64,000 nucleotides of DNA, from contig CM074512.1 of assembly GCA_037379345.1 (NCBI GenBank), forward strand, positions 62,021,597-62,085,596, written 5' to 3'. The stretch comes from Perna viridis (taxonomy: Eukaryota). The position numbers and the translations under genes were made by a program. Position 1 is the first letter of the stretch; every line of letters begins with the position of its first letter. The notes under the pieces were generated by a model that did not search any database, had not been told where the DNA came from, and saw only the letters and a program-made list of their open reading frames with translations. Positions 13,351-26,971 of the stretch are shown here, piece by piece.

Positions 13351-14998
13351 CCCTCTAGGGTTTCAATGGCAATTTGGAGTGGTTTTGCATTTTTTGCTAT
13401 GACAAATTTGTTTGATATTGTTGTGATGTTAATTATTGCCAAAAGGGATTGTTGCTACTGTAGAAAACAGCTCAATAACAACTTAAGTTCTTCCTTCATT
13501 TATTTGTCAAAAAAGAAACATAAAATTCTTCATATAACAATGCACATGATTCCATTATGTATGAAAACTAAAGACAGAAACAACAAAGCTATGAATGTTT
13601 TCAATTTCAAGATACAAATAATAAGACAAAACCATAAAATAATGCTAAACATTCAAAATGTGTTACAGTCTTAATTGACTTGGCAAAGCATTGTCACATA
13701 GACCAGGTGGTCTTTACATACTGATTTTACAAAGAATGCTTTTCAGAAAGGTTTTTGCCAAATACAGGCGGTTGCTACGACAGGTTTGACTTAAATAGAA
13801 AACAAAAGTTCCTTATCAGCTGTTGTTAAGTGGAAAAAAAAGTGTATGCAAGGCTGGCAACTTCTCAGCCAGGGTGTGTAATACAAAAAATACAAAGAAC
13901 TCGTAAGAAGTTGTAAATTAATTAATACAAAATAGATTCAATGTTTCTTTTCACTGTATAAGGCACAAATCATTACAAATACAGAATACAACGATGTTAT
14001 ATGTACATTTCATATCCATGATTATTTCTTATTAACATATACAAACATTGACCAATATTTTTGACAGTTTTTGTGAAAAAAAATGTGGCCACATGCGTGT
14101 TCATTCTTGATCTTTATATATATTGTGTTGTATTGTGAGATACAACATATATGTTAATATTTTGGATACCATGGATGTGGCCACTTCCGTTTTAGGCAAA
14201 AACCATAGAAAAATATGTGCAAAAATACAACAAAGTGGAAGATTTCACTAACATTGTGTTAATTTGGACTGCTATTAGGTCAAGATCATTCATGATGTTA
14301 CCAAAATCTGCTGATTTACTACAACTATTATCCTTTCAAATAAACTAACTAGTATAGACCATAACAAAATTTCTTTATAGAACATGAAGTTACAAGCATG
14401 TCACTATACAACACACTCTCATTTGTTTGAAACCATACTTTGTCCAACAGGAATCTAAAGTTTTGGATACAGGGTGTATTAAGTCATGATAAAACTAAAC
14501 ATAAAAGGAAGTCAAGTTACAATTCCAGCAAGTAAATTGTTAACTCCAGGGAATAGAGTTGGTCTTCCCTTGATTGAATGACTATTACTTAATGAACTGG
14601 ACAATTAACAAGGAGATATAACCTTTATATTATTTCATTGGTATTTTATTGTAAGTTCCCACCCCCCTCGTACACAAGTAGATGCAGTAAGACCTTGCTT
14701 TTAAAATGTATAGGAAATAAAAGACTGAAGTTTAAACTATCAGTATAGCTACTTATGTATAACTATAAACATAAGTTCCTGTAAACCACAGACAGATTCC
14801 AAGCCAAAAGAATCATCTCATATGTAGATGATGGATTTCACTGGAAAGAACAAAACCAGAAGTACAAAATATATATCATGATGTTAATAATTAAAACTAC
14901 ATGTATTTGAAAAAAAACAGTATAAAACAATTAAGAAAATCTCCATTCTTCAAAATGTGTAATAATATGACTCCTGATACAAAATAATGATCATAAAT

Positions 14999-15105
14999 AA
15001 ATGTACATGTACACACAGCTCCAATCACACACACAAATGTACATGTACACACAGCTCCAATCACACACACAAATGCATATGTACACACAGCTCCAATCAC
15101 ACACA
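14999..15105. repeat. 36-bp tandem repeat x3 in the ENOX 3' UTR region
   Basis: Unit aaatgtacatgtacacacagctccaatcacacacac. It explains the spurious ORF at 14897-15184. Confidence 0.85.
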
Positions 15106-15239
15106 AAAATCCATAAAGTAGAAGCTTAAAAACACTAACAAAATGACACTTAAAATGATGGTGATCTATCACCCCCTTTTTCAACTTAATGTATGTTCAT
15201 GTGTAATGGTAATGTTATTGCACATACAACATGCACATA

Positions 15240-15600
15240 ACGGTGATCTATCCTATACATGAATAGAATGCTGATCTATATAAATGGTGATTTATCATAT
15301 TACAGAATGGTGATTATCAAAAAAAATGTAAATATTGGTGATTGATCAAAACATGTACAGAATGGTGATATATCACATACATGTACAGAATGGTGATATA
15401 TTACATTCATGTACAGAATGGTGATGATCAAAATGTACATAATAGTGACTGATCAAAACATGTACAGAATGGGGATATATCACATACATGAAAAGAGTGA
15501 TGATGTATCATATACATTTACAGAATGTGATGTATCATATACATGTACAGAATGGTGATATATCATTTACATGTACAGAATGGTGATCTATCATATACAC
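15240..15600. repeat. Degenerate minisatellite of about 28-31 bp in the ENOX 3' UTR region
   Basis: Recurrent acatgtacagaatggtgatatatcacat variants. Confidence 0.75.
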
Positions 15601-15727
15601 ACAGTCATTTCCTTGTACAACAAACATTTCAGTAATAATGACCCCATATCATTCACACACACACAGACATGACCATACTAAGCTTTAAAAGGTTGAGACT
15701 TAACAATTCTAACAAAAACTGTCTCAC

Positions 15728-18700
15728 TCACAGAAAACTAAGAACATTTGTGTCTTTATACCCAGTAAACTGCCACTTTCTCTCTATCAATGCTCCAACA
15801 CCTGTGGTCTGCATATTGAATAGGAAAGGTAGTTTTTCCAAAAGGTCTTCTAAATGACTGGTCTTTGTTGATAGTCCTAGCTGATTCAGATAGGACCAGA
15901 TATACTCCACACTTGCTCCCATTGGATGTACATGTAAGAAACACGCAATCAGACCTGAAATACATTAATAAGAACATTTATAATATGAACATAACACCAA
16001 TTTCATCTGAGTTATCAATTATCTTTGAGTTGTAGAATCCTGTTCTCTATGATAAAGGTTCTTTCAATGACACAAGAAATTGAATGTTTACTGTTTAATA
16101 TGTAAAAAGTGATATTCAACTGCCCACCAAGAAAGATTCTGTTTCTACAAGTTCTAAAAATAAGGTATAAATCACTAAAAAAGGAAATGATGATCCCCAT
16201 AATAAATCCTTTCTGCAATTTTTTCATGAATATTCATAGATGGAATCTGGGTTTTAGATTGGGTGGAGGGAGGGGGGGGGGCACAGTTAAAATTTTTTTA
16301 GTTAAATTTTTGAAATATTCGTCTAGAGTGGTGCAATGCAGATATCTTTAGTGGTAAAATTAGCAAGAAATTAAAGTTTCAACCTTAACCGCCTATATCT
16401 ACCCCTGACAACCCATGCTTTGCAAATTTTAGAGGGGGCGCACACCCGCCACGCCCTAGCCTGAATCCGCCCCTGATATTGTACACCACAACTACAGCTA
16501 TCAAAGTCAATTACAATTTTCTTTTTTAATTACAAACGGCTGATTTTTGTATTTATAAAAAGAAATAAATAAACATTTACTGAATCTAAAATACTATATG
16601 TCTGTTGTTAATAGTTCTAATCATAACCAATCAATACTGTCAAGATAGATCAAACCTATTACACAGAGCATTCTTTTCTGTTATCTTGCAAAATCATACA
16701 GAAGTATGATTATTCAGGGTTTGGTTTAGACAGGTTTTTGGAGTAAACAGGGTTTGGTTTAGACAGGTTTTTGGGATATTCAGGGTTTTGGTTAGACAGG
16801 TTTTACTATATACAGAACAATAACTGTACCAAGTAGAATGGGAGAAAATTAACAATGTTAAAATGGCGATTGAACTTGAAGGACTTTCCTGGTCTTACAC
16901 ATAATAAATCTAATACTGTAACATACCAATAAGTTTAGCCTCATTCTCAGTCAGATTGAGACCAGAACTGCTCACACTGGTATCTGCGACCTCTTCTTGT
17001 ACTTCTGTTTCAGATTCTTCTTCAACCTGTCATTACATTAAACAATATTTTCATATCTGCATTAGTTCAGACATATTTGGATTTTATTCATTGGCCTTTA
17101 GTTTAGTATCAGACTTCTTAAATATTGTTATACCATATGGTTGGTAATGTTTTTCATTATTTTTTTAGCTCTTTACCAATCATCTCATGTTTTTCTGACT
17201 TTTTTAGCCCACATTTTCAAAGTAAACCTTCTGACATTTCTTATAGTCCACAAACATAAGGATCAAATTGATTGGCTTTGGGTATAATATCAGACTTCTT
17301 CAAGGCCTTTTACCATTTCATATCATTATATATGTTTAGTTTCATTTTGTCCTCTGTCACATAGCATCTTTCAAAATAACAAAGGCACTATAAACCCAAA
17401 GGTCAAGACCAGAACACAGTACTAGGTATAAGATCTGAAAAATTGTTTTTGCACTTTTATACAACACCTTTTTCACATTTCTTTGAAATAACTTTTCAAA
17501 ATGATTTGACAAAATACATACATCATTTCCTTTGTCTTCCTTATCTTTATCTGTTTCATCTCCTTCCGTTGTATCTTTGTCTTTTTCTTCACCATCGACT
17601 TCCTTTTCCTTTCCTTCTTTAGATTCTGAAATTGATTGTTTCTTCCTCTTCACCTCAGCTTTAGCAGTTTTTACTGCTTGTTTCAATTGTTCATTTTCTC
17701 TCTCAACAGATTTCGATTCTTGTTTTGCTGCTATAAGTTGCTGAAAAAATGTGCTTTAAAACTAACAACAATCTAAAACTAAATACAAAAGATGTAAATT
17801 CTTTAGGTAATTAATTAATCTTAATTATTATTTGTGTAAATGAGAGTTAATAAATTGGTGCAGACAATAGTTTAACAACTGAAATGTGTGCTGTTCACAC
17901 TTGATAAAATAATTAACAAAATAATATCATTACCACACTTAAAACACATTTGCACAAAACTGATTTTTTCAAGAAACAAACTATACTTAGAAGCAAATAT
18001 TCTTCAGACATCTAATGAAAATATAAAGGACTCATTTCAAAGTATTTTTTCTATAAGTAAACCATATTTGATAAAGTCTTCTATTAGGCAAAAAAAAAAC
18101 ATAATAGTCTTGTTTCCTGCTACCAGCCAAAAAAAATAGGGTAACCAGGTAGAGATATTATTTTAATTTACAAAAATATTTTATATTGAGTTAACGGGGA
18201 AACAATCTAGACTTTAACAGTGCTTGAGCCAAATTGGCCATAAAATGTTTAGAGTAAGCACAAAAAAACCTATGGTAGGTATGGTAGCAGAAAACAGACA
18301 TACATTTTTTTGCCTTAGCACAGGGAATGCTCTCTCTGAACTGAGTCATCTATGAGCTACACTCAGTACTGGGATTTTTAAGACAGACTACTCTCCTTAC
18401 CTGTTGCATGCCTTGTAATGCTTGCTGCAACATTTTGATCTGAGCATCTTTAGCTCCTGTATCTACGACAGACTTCTGCTCTGCCTTTATCATTTCTACT
18501 TCATTCTTGTAGGCATCTAGTTGACACTTCAGAGAATCATTTTCACTCTTCAAGTAATTAATATGTTCTGGAAAAAAAACAATTCATTTATTAACATCAA
18601 ACAAGTACATGTATTGGAAACACAGTGAAAAAAATGTTTATAATACTCAGTAAAACTGAATGTGTTGTGTTTTTTCACTTGAAATATTTTCTTACATTTA

Positions 18701-21700
18701 GTTCCTTTAAAACATACTGTGGAAGTATTATTGTTTATTGGTTACCAATTTTGTTATCTTCATGGGTTTGCTAAACCACAAAATTTGGTTCCCAATGGAA
18801 AGGAAATATCCCATTTGTATGTATGATTAGAGTTCAAGAATTTACGAAATGATCATTTTCACTTAAACCACGAAAATAGGTAGCCAGAAATAAAATAACT
18901 TAAACAGAATTTATTCTATGTCCGTGTTTATTGACGAGACATAGTATGATATACAGTCCATCTGTCAATCACAATAAGGACAGTTACTCAACAATGCTTT
19001 CAGAAATTTCATGAAATTATTTAAGTAGCAGTCTTTCTAACAATCAGACAAGGTTATTTGTGCATGTCAAAAACCCACCCAATTCAGTTTTATTTCTTGT
19101 TCAAAAACAGTTACTGAACACATAACAAGTCTTAGTTTTTTCATTTGGTTGTTGCGCTTTTGAGATAAAATTTATATAGATTGTACATGAAATTGGTACT
19201 TTGTAAGAGTTAATGTTCTTGATTTGGTTTCATTCGGTTAATTTTAATGAGAGATGAATGTATGATTTTCTAAAGAGTGCAGATCTGAATACAGAAATGA
19301 TTATTGTTATATGAATGTATAGTAAATGTAGACTGAAAAAGCATCATGTTCCATGGGTTTTTCTTCACCATGAATTACTTTACCATTGGCAGTGTCTGAA
19401 TTCTATGTGGACTGGTACTTAAGTTTATAGCTTTGTTTCAATCTTTCCCCCATTTTTTACTTCCATTTCATAAATAGGTGGTTCAACCAGTTTTCACTCA
19501 ACAACTAAAAATAACTTTGACAAAGTTTTATAACAATATGGTACAAGTACTGAAAATTCTTTCACAGCAGCTCTCTATCTGTTACTAGACTATAACAAGA
19601 CCACCCCACTTATTTCAATCTTAGAACAGGGCAAATTTAACCTATTACCTTACTTCCTTTTAGGAGTAAAATATCCTTCCATTATTTAGAGAAGTGCTTT
19701 TTGCATATAACTTTTTAAACTGATTGTACCTTGGTTAGCCTTTTCAACCATTTCATCAACAGTAGTGGTTGAGAAGTTTTTCTTCTTTTTCTTAGAAGCT
19801 GATGGTTCATCATCATTATCTGACATCTCCATGTCATCTTCTTTACGGTCACCGAAATATTCCTCTATCTGATTCTGACGAGTTTCCTATCAATACATCA
19901 ATCGGTTCATTATAAGAAACAGAAAATAAATTTCAGACGACTGAAAAAGAAATCATGATATCAATGTAAACCACAATTTTCAATTACAATTTTTTTTTTG
20001 CTGTACCATGCCACTGTAGTATCTTCCTTTGTTTCCTTATCTATTGTTTCAAGTGAACCTTTTTCACAATATGAATATTTTTAAAAGTCATATGTTAAAA
20101 CGCCAGGAAGATCTCTGGCACACGATCACTGACCATGATCCCAAATTTCAAAATGATGGATCAAATCAACCAAAACCATATATCTCTGACACACAATGGC
20201 CGATCAAAAAATTCAAAATGAAGGATTAAATCAACCCAAGCCAGAGTGTTTGGTATGATTTACTGATTCTAAACTGTACCATACTTACCTGCAAGATTTC
20301 CCAAAGAAAGATGTGTAGATAAACATTTCAACAAAATTGACTATGCATATGACTGACCCTTTAGTGGGGATTAATTTTATAAACCTTTTTTTAACTTTTT
20401 TCAAAAAAGTGAATTCAAATACTTTGTTCATAGAATATTAGCATAAAAAACGATAAAATTATGAAGAGATTGTTCTTTTATTGATTTGGCAATAAAAGTG
20501 AGTTTTTTTGGGACCTCTTCACAAGAAATCATGGTAGGACTTAGAAACCAGAAAAAAAAATTTTGAGGCCTGAGTCATTCCTTTATAAGGATAACTGTAA
20601 ATTGAAGTCCCTATGGCCATTTTCATTTCTATCATCAAACCCTACTTTAATGTAATATTTCTTTACAACTTCTTGTGGTTCTTATGACTGATTTTTTAAG
20701 GACAAGAATGCCTTTATTTCCAACACATCAAACTTAAGAAAATCTTTCATTCTGCATCACCACTTACCTGTATAATGAACTTTGAACTTCATAGACTGTC
20801 ACATAAGAGAAACAGGGCAGCTAAACAATTACTTAGAAATTATAAGAGAATAACTAAATCTTATTACACATCCTGAATATGTTATATTAAGAAGGCTTAC
20901 TTTTAGGTAAAGTCAAAATTTATGTCTTACAGAAGAGATTGACAATTATAGGATTTTAAGGACAGAACATTTCTTAACAAAGGGGGCCGTATAATGTAGA
21001 CCTACCCAGACCTACCTTAACATGTTTGTACCACAGCTCGATATTCTTGCGCTGAGCTTTAGTAAAGTGATCCCAGTTCTTCTGTTTTTGAGTAGCAGCA
21101 AAGACCATCTCTATCAGTTCAACTTTAGGTGGAGAAAAATACATATTATATCATACCAAGTTATGTCACATTAATTCCAGCTGCTCCACGTAGCAGCTCT
21201 TTGTCTCCATAATCACGACACTACATGGCCACTATAATGAGTTCATATGCAAAGATTTTACCATACATAGAATTAATAGGTGTTCTTCTGTCAATCATGA
21301 GAACTGAGCTATTTTTACCAACTCCATGCTTGCATCTGATCACAGTAAATTCCTAATACTTCTACCTTTTCAATATTACCATACAGAAACATCTTGTTAT
21401 TGTCATAGCAATTTCAATCATATTTCATCCTCTAATTTTGAAATCAGAGAGGAAAAATATGGGTATTCATACATCATATTTATTTTTAACTTTTTCATTT
21501 TTTAAAAATTCATACTGGCATTACCATGGACCAGTTTTTCCTTAACTCATTATACATGTACCTTGAGCGCCATCTTGAATTTTAAATGCATTAACGACTA
21601 TTTTAGATGTTATTCAACGTCTGGTTCTAAATGTGATTTTACTCAGAACCTGTGAGTCTTTCTCAGCATATTTACCACAGGACTTCAATTAGATCTTTGC

Positions 21701-24700
21701 TAAGTTTATATACTTTCCCCAGATTGACAACTTTCCACACCAAGCTGATCAACCAAGTGTATGTATTTTCTCCAGATTGACAACTTTCCATACCAAGCTC
21801 ATCAACCAAGTGGGTGTATTTTCTCTAGCTTGTCAACCTTCCATACCAAGCTGATCATCTTAGTTTCATGTATATCTATAAACTTACCAATACCTATGCC
21901 AGCTATTTGTACTTACATTGCTGTAGAATAGTTTGTAACAATTGTTGATACTTCATCTTGGCTCTCTCTATTTCTTCTTGTCCTTGTTGTTTTTCACCCT
22001 CAATGTTACGGATACGGGCATTAGCACATTGAATGAGTGAATAAAACTGGGACACATTGCGTTTGTTACAGTCTCCCCTCTCTAACCATCTGTTGAGGAT
22101 GTGAATGGCAGTGATAAAATGATCTTCAGCTACAATTAAAAATATGAAGGTTTAATAGAATAAAACCTGTCAAACTATGAATAACAAAAAAAACCAGTCT
22201 AAACAAACACTTATTAAGTCCTTTTACATCAAGGCAAATGCACTTTGAACCTTAGTAAGTTGAACACTTGTCTACACCAAACAAATTTTAGTCTAAAAAT
22301 AGTTCGGCTATACAGGTTTCACTGTATTACACATGTTCTAGTAAAACTTAGTGAAATGAGCAACATGGTCAATAGAACTTAAACCACTCTCAATGACCTA
22401 CACATCAGAATTACCAATGTACATAAGCTAACAGAACAGGTTTAACTATTACAGGGCTCTTTTTCCAGAGACGTTGCTATCCTGAACATTTAACAAAATC
22501 TGCTATCAACACTATATATTGGTAACAATACATTGTACATGTTATTTTCAAGAATAAATTTTGACACTACTATACAGATCTTCAAATACAAATGAGCAGA
22601 GGCAAATTAAACAAAACTTTCTATGCTTTAATACTATCACAGAACTCTTATTCATTGGACCAACTTTCATAGTTTTCAAGACTCAAGAAAACCAAATTCA
22701 AATTCCCAATGAAAAAAAAATATCCATTACTAAATTATAGGTTTTCCTTTAGATCCACAAATACAATTGATTGATTGATTGTTGGGGTTTAACGTCCGAG
22801 CAGCAATATTTCAGCTATATTCAGACCATCCACAAATACAAAGCCAAAGAAACTAATGAAATTTTTAAACACCATGAAAAGCAACCACGAATTAAAATTC
22901 ATTTCACAGTAATCTGAAATAACAAAAGTAATTTTAGGCCATGGATCCGGAAATGGTAAAAAATGACAGTCATTGACCGACAAATTTTGCAAATGACCGA
23001 CAACAGTTTACCAATATCGAACATAAAAAAATTGTGAACCCTTATAAATTACAGTCTGCATGGTTTTATCAGTGTATAAACGTCCTGTCTACCAGTCTCT
23101 TAATTGTTTATTGGAAATTAATTGACAGTTGTGCGTCAATTTTAGCCGATGTGCAGCCACCTGTGACTGTGATTTACCTGTAACTAAATGGTTGATTGCA
23201 TAATTGAATTAACGGTACATGTGCAGCCCCATTGCCTGTACAAATTAATTGAAATAACTCGGAGAACCTTCATACATTTTTTAATTAAGAAAAAAGATTG
23301 ACAAGTCCACCATTTTCCCATCGATTTTTCAGAGGTAATAACGAAAGCACATGGAACTGAAACTACAAATCAGTCGTACATGTAGTTTGTAATTATTAAT
23401 TCTTCAATTGAATCGTTTTAACACAGAAGTCAACAGACCATTTAAATCAATATACAGAATGTGTTTGTGATTTTCTTTTATAAATAATCAACATTTTTTT
23501 CATCACTCAGAAGTTTTCGGCTGTTTGCCTATGTGATGAAAAAGTCAGAGAGATCCAATGTTTTGTTTACATTTTAGAACGTCCATGTGAGGTCGAAACT
23601 GAGCTCTTTCACTCACTTAAAAGGCAGAGTATGTGATGAAATAACACACTTTCCAATATTTATCTTAAAATAACTACATACAAACGTTATTTAAGTTTAT
23701 TTTCGATCTGAGCATGCAAAAGACTGACAAAAATGTCAGCTGAAGTTTAATAAAATGTCCGGCATGGGCTGTCAAAATTCACGGACCCTTGTTTTAGGCC
23801 ATAAAAAAATTCCTACATGTCATTTTTGTTCAAACTTTGGGGCAGGAGAGGGTTAGTTTAATTCTTTATTTTTCATCAATTTGCATGAAAAATGCTGTCA
23901 ATTTTAAGAAATTGACATAAAAAGTTGTATGGAACTTACATTTGAGTTTATCTAACAGAACAGTAGCCTCATGGTCATTATAATGTACTATTGGGGGTGG
24001 ACTGGGTGGGCGGTTCCTCGCTTCTTCCATTCTCTGTATATGTCTCATCTGTCTGGCCATAGCACGTTGTTTACATTCAAACTCATACTGGTCATCACGA
24101 GCATTGGCATAATCAACATGGAGACGTCCTGTATTATCCTTATCATCTTTGTCTTCTATTTTCATCCTGTACCCTGTTTAGAATATGGAATGGGATTAAC
24201 CACAATCTCTCCTACAAACTCTTATCTGAGTAAAATACATGGATTTTAAGGGGGCTTTCTTTTCAGGAAACAAAAAAATTCTACCTCATTTATATGAAAT
24301 AAAATAAATATCTAACTTAAGTACTTGAGATTTCTAGATAAAACACTTTTCCTTGTGCTAAGTCTATTGGTATAAAATAAGCATTTGTATACATTTTTAC
24401 ATATTTGTTGAAATTCTAACTTTCATATTCAATATGAGCACAATACATAGCAAGGTCTTCTCTCAGACTTTCCTAACTATATTCAGTATTCAATATGAGA
24501 AGCATATTGGAAATTTTTTTGAAAACTACTCTACTATGCGCACATCAGTAACTTTAAAATACAGAAATTATATACCTGACATAAACAAGGCTCTGTCTGC
24601 ACTTTCTTCATGTTCAAATCTGATGTGAGCAAAATTCTTCTTGCCTTTCCTTATACTACAAATGATACCAAAGTTCTCAAATATTTCTCCTAACATGTCT

Positions 24701-26431
24701 TCAGAACAGTTTTCTGGTATTCCTCCAACAAAAATGGTTCTACAACCTGGTGGCCTCTCCCGGACAGAAGGTGGTGGAGCATTCATCGGAGGAGGGTAAC
24801 ATACACTGCTCTTCACCCTTAAGATTTCTTTAGGCATGAACTGAGCCAGCATGGCTAGGTCAAGTCCTGGGATAGAGGAGTTAGTACTAGCATTAAAGGA
24901 TCCTAATCCCATACCCATTCCTTGGGATCCATCTGTCCCTGGACCATTCTGCCCCATGGGTCCTCCTGGTCCAAATCCACTATACTGTAAACACAAACAG
25001 AATTACTGACTACTAATTCTCTTGCATAAAACTAACACACTTCACTTTACCATCACAAAGTCACAATCAACAATATAAGAAAAAAAAAGTTCAAATAAGT
25101 ATTAATCAAATTATGAATATCATCACTATGATAACAGATAATAGAGCCAAATGTTACATTAAGTTGTAATAAAAGACACAGACTGTGTCCCAAAAATACG
25201 TAATATACCGTTTGGCTGGTTACTTTGGCAATTTTGAAGCCAAAAAAGTGTGCAAATTTTTTTTCCTGATTCTGATTTTGATGGATACTAAATGGTGCAC
25301 TTAGTTCTCAAGCTAACAGTTAATATTTCAAAGATTTTTTTTTTGTGTTTTTAAACACACTATTAAAATACACCAAAATTAGCACCCTGCGAAAAACAAC
25401 CACTATATGGTATTTAAATAATGCATTAAGCACAAAAATATACCTGGTTGTACATCATCTGCATGTTGTTGTCACCCATCATCTGTCCTTGTCCCATCAT
25501 AGGACCACCCATCTGTCCACCAAACCCCATGTTTCCCATCATTCCTTGGTTACCACCCATCATCCCTTGGTTACCACCCATCATTCCTTGGTTACTTCCC
25601 ATCATTCCTTGGTTGCTGCCCATCATGCCCTGGTTACCACCCATCATAGGTCCTTGGTTACCACCCATCATATTCATGCCACCTCCCATTGGTCCTGGGT
25701 TCCTGTCCATAATATTCATATTGCCCTGGTTAGGCATCATTCCTCCTTGAGATGTCATGGGATTACTCATGTCATTTCCACCTTAACAGATTATAAACAA
25801 ATAAATATTATTCTAATTACATCAAATAGTGATGATATATCAAATAGATTTTCACGTCTGCTGAAGAATTATACCTCTGACACAAAAATTAATCACATCT
25901 TGATTTTTAATGCCATAAAACTAAGAGAAAGAACTAACAAATTTGCTAATTCATCATTTTTTTGTTGTTGAAAATTTCGGAACTTTGAAATTAACCTGAA
26001 AATGAAAGGGGCTTCCTAACACTAAGCCAAATAAGTATTAAAATGTTTCAACATGTTTTTTTTAATTATTGTTCAATATGTGGAGAAACTGAATGACAGC
26101 CAAAAAGTAGGAACAAAATGATACATCCAAGTCATCATGCAAAAGCAATATATCAAACATCTTAGCTTCCTCTCCAATAAAAGCTGAGTAATCTGCAGCA
26201 GAAAAATGTATCAAATGGAGTGACAATGCAGATAATATAGCCTCTACCCCCACTCATTCTACCCCTACTCATTAGAATAACTAACATTTGATGAAGTTAA
26301 ACATGTACATGTACATGTATACCTTCTATTGGCATGGGTGGTTTTCCTTTATTACTGTCAAACTGTAAAGGAGCATTATTGTTTCCAGGATCATACCCAC
26401 GATTACGTCCAGATTTCTGTGGACCGATCAT
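15728..26431 (-). CDS. ENOX1: Ecto-NOX disulfide-thiol exchanger (ENOX1/ENOX2 family) RRM protein, about 759 aa
   Basis: Minus-strand exons 26431-26323, 25781-25444, 24984-24576, 24173-23940, 22129-21917, 21122-21016, 19886-19730, 18567-18401, 17740-17522, 17026-16927, 15954-15728; phases agree, total 2280 nt. Diagnostic motifs: RERPPGCRTIFVGGIPEN (RRM), GRLHVDYANARDDQYEFECKQR, WDHFTKAQRKNI, ENDSLKCQLDAYKNEVE, FLHVHPMGASVEYIWSYL. Probably co-orthologous to vertebrate ENOX1 and ENOX2. Confidence 0.94.
16235..16475 (-). mobile_element. hAT-type MITE of the CAGGGGCGGATCCAGG family, degenerate copy
   Basis: Reverse-complement homology to 58153-58379 over about 230 bp; ends cctgaatccgcccctg; no clean TSD. 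Confidence 0.7.
16710..16812. mobile_element. Tc1/mariner-type MITE end with three ggtttggtttagacagg subrepeats
   Basis: Same subterminal repeat as in 34543-34714 and about 22155-22327. Confidence 0.6.
18087..18314. mobile_element. Tourist/PIF-Harbinger-type MITE
   Basis: TTA|GGCAAAAAAA...TTTTTTTGCC|TTA; 3-bp TSD TTA. Confidence 0.75.
21719..21857. repeat. 53-bp tandem repeat, about 2.6 copies, ENOX intron
   Basis: Unit ccagattgacaactttccacaccaagctgatcaaccaagtgtatgtattttct starting at 21719, 21772 and 21825. Confidence 0.85.
22940..23791 (+). mobile_element. hAT-type MITE, copy 2 (ENOX intron)
   Basis: Ends CATGGATCCGGAAA...TTCACGGACCCTTG; perfect 8-bp TSD ttttaggc (22932-22939 and 23792-23799). 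Confidence 0.9.
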
Positions 26432-26971
26432 TGTACACCTAAAAGAAGAAAAAAAATACTACATAGCACTTGGTAATGTGAACTAAAATCCTGTTTGGTA
26501 AAACAATACATCTTTGGACTGATTGGTAAATACATGTAATTCACCTAGCTTTTGAAGCAATTTATTTTTACAATTTCCATTTTCTAGGTCAAATTGTATA
26601 CTGAAGCAGGCATCTATTTACTTTTAAATAGCAACCAAGTTATGTCAGCTACAACTTTTATATACATGTACCTTGGTCCATATTTTACTTTTAAGATTGG
26701 CAAGTCCTAAACTTTTCCAAGTTTCAAATCAACGGTACACTTGAGGAAAACCAAGTCTTCAACAAAGTGTCAATGAATAGAGTTGAAAGTCTGGGACCTA
26801 GGTAAAGTAAATTTCAAAGCTTAGTCAGAAATGGAAGGCCCTGGATGCCAGCACAGCACTAATTTATTGCCTCTGTAATATACAGGTTTTTGATATTTTT
26901 ACGCTCGTTATAAATTGTAGATAAATATTAACTTCAGTTGCATCACTATCATTCAATAATGCTTCAACTTA

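Noticed and set aside
12234-13674. Cluster of ORFs up to 149 aa overlapping the MITE and HINE
   Set aside because: No transposase or other recognisable motifs; consistent with chance ORFs in AT-rich repeats.
25345-25971. 208-aa His-rich and 100-aa Pro/Ile/Trp-rich plus-strand ORFs
   Set aside because: Antisense shadows of the ENOX GMMGGNQ repeat exon.
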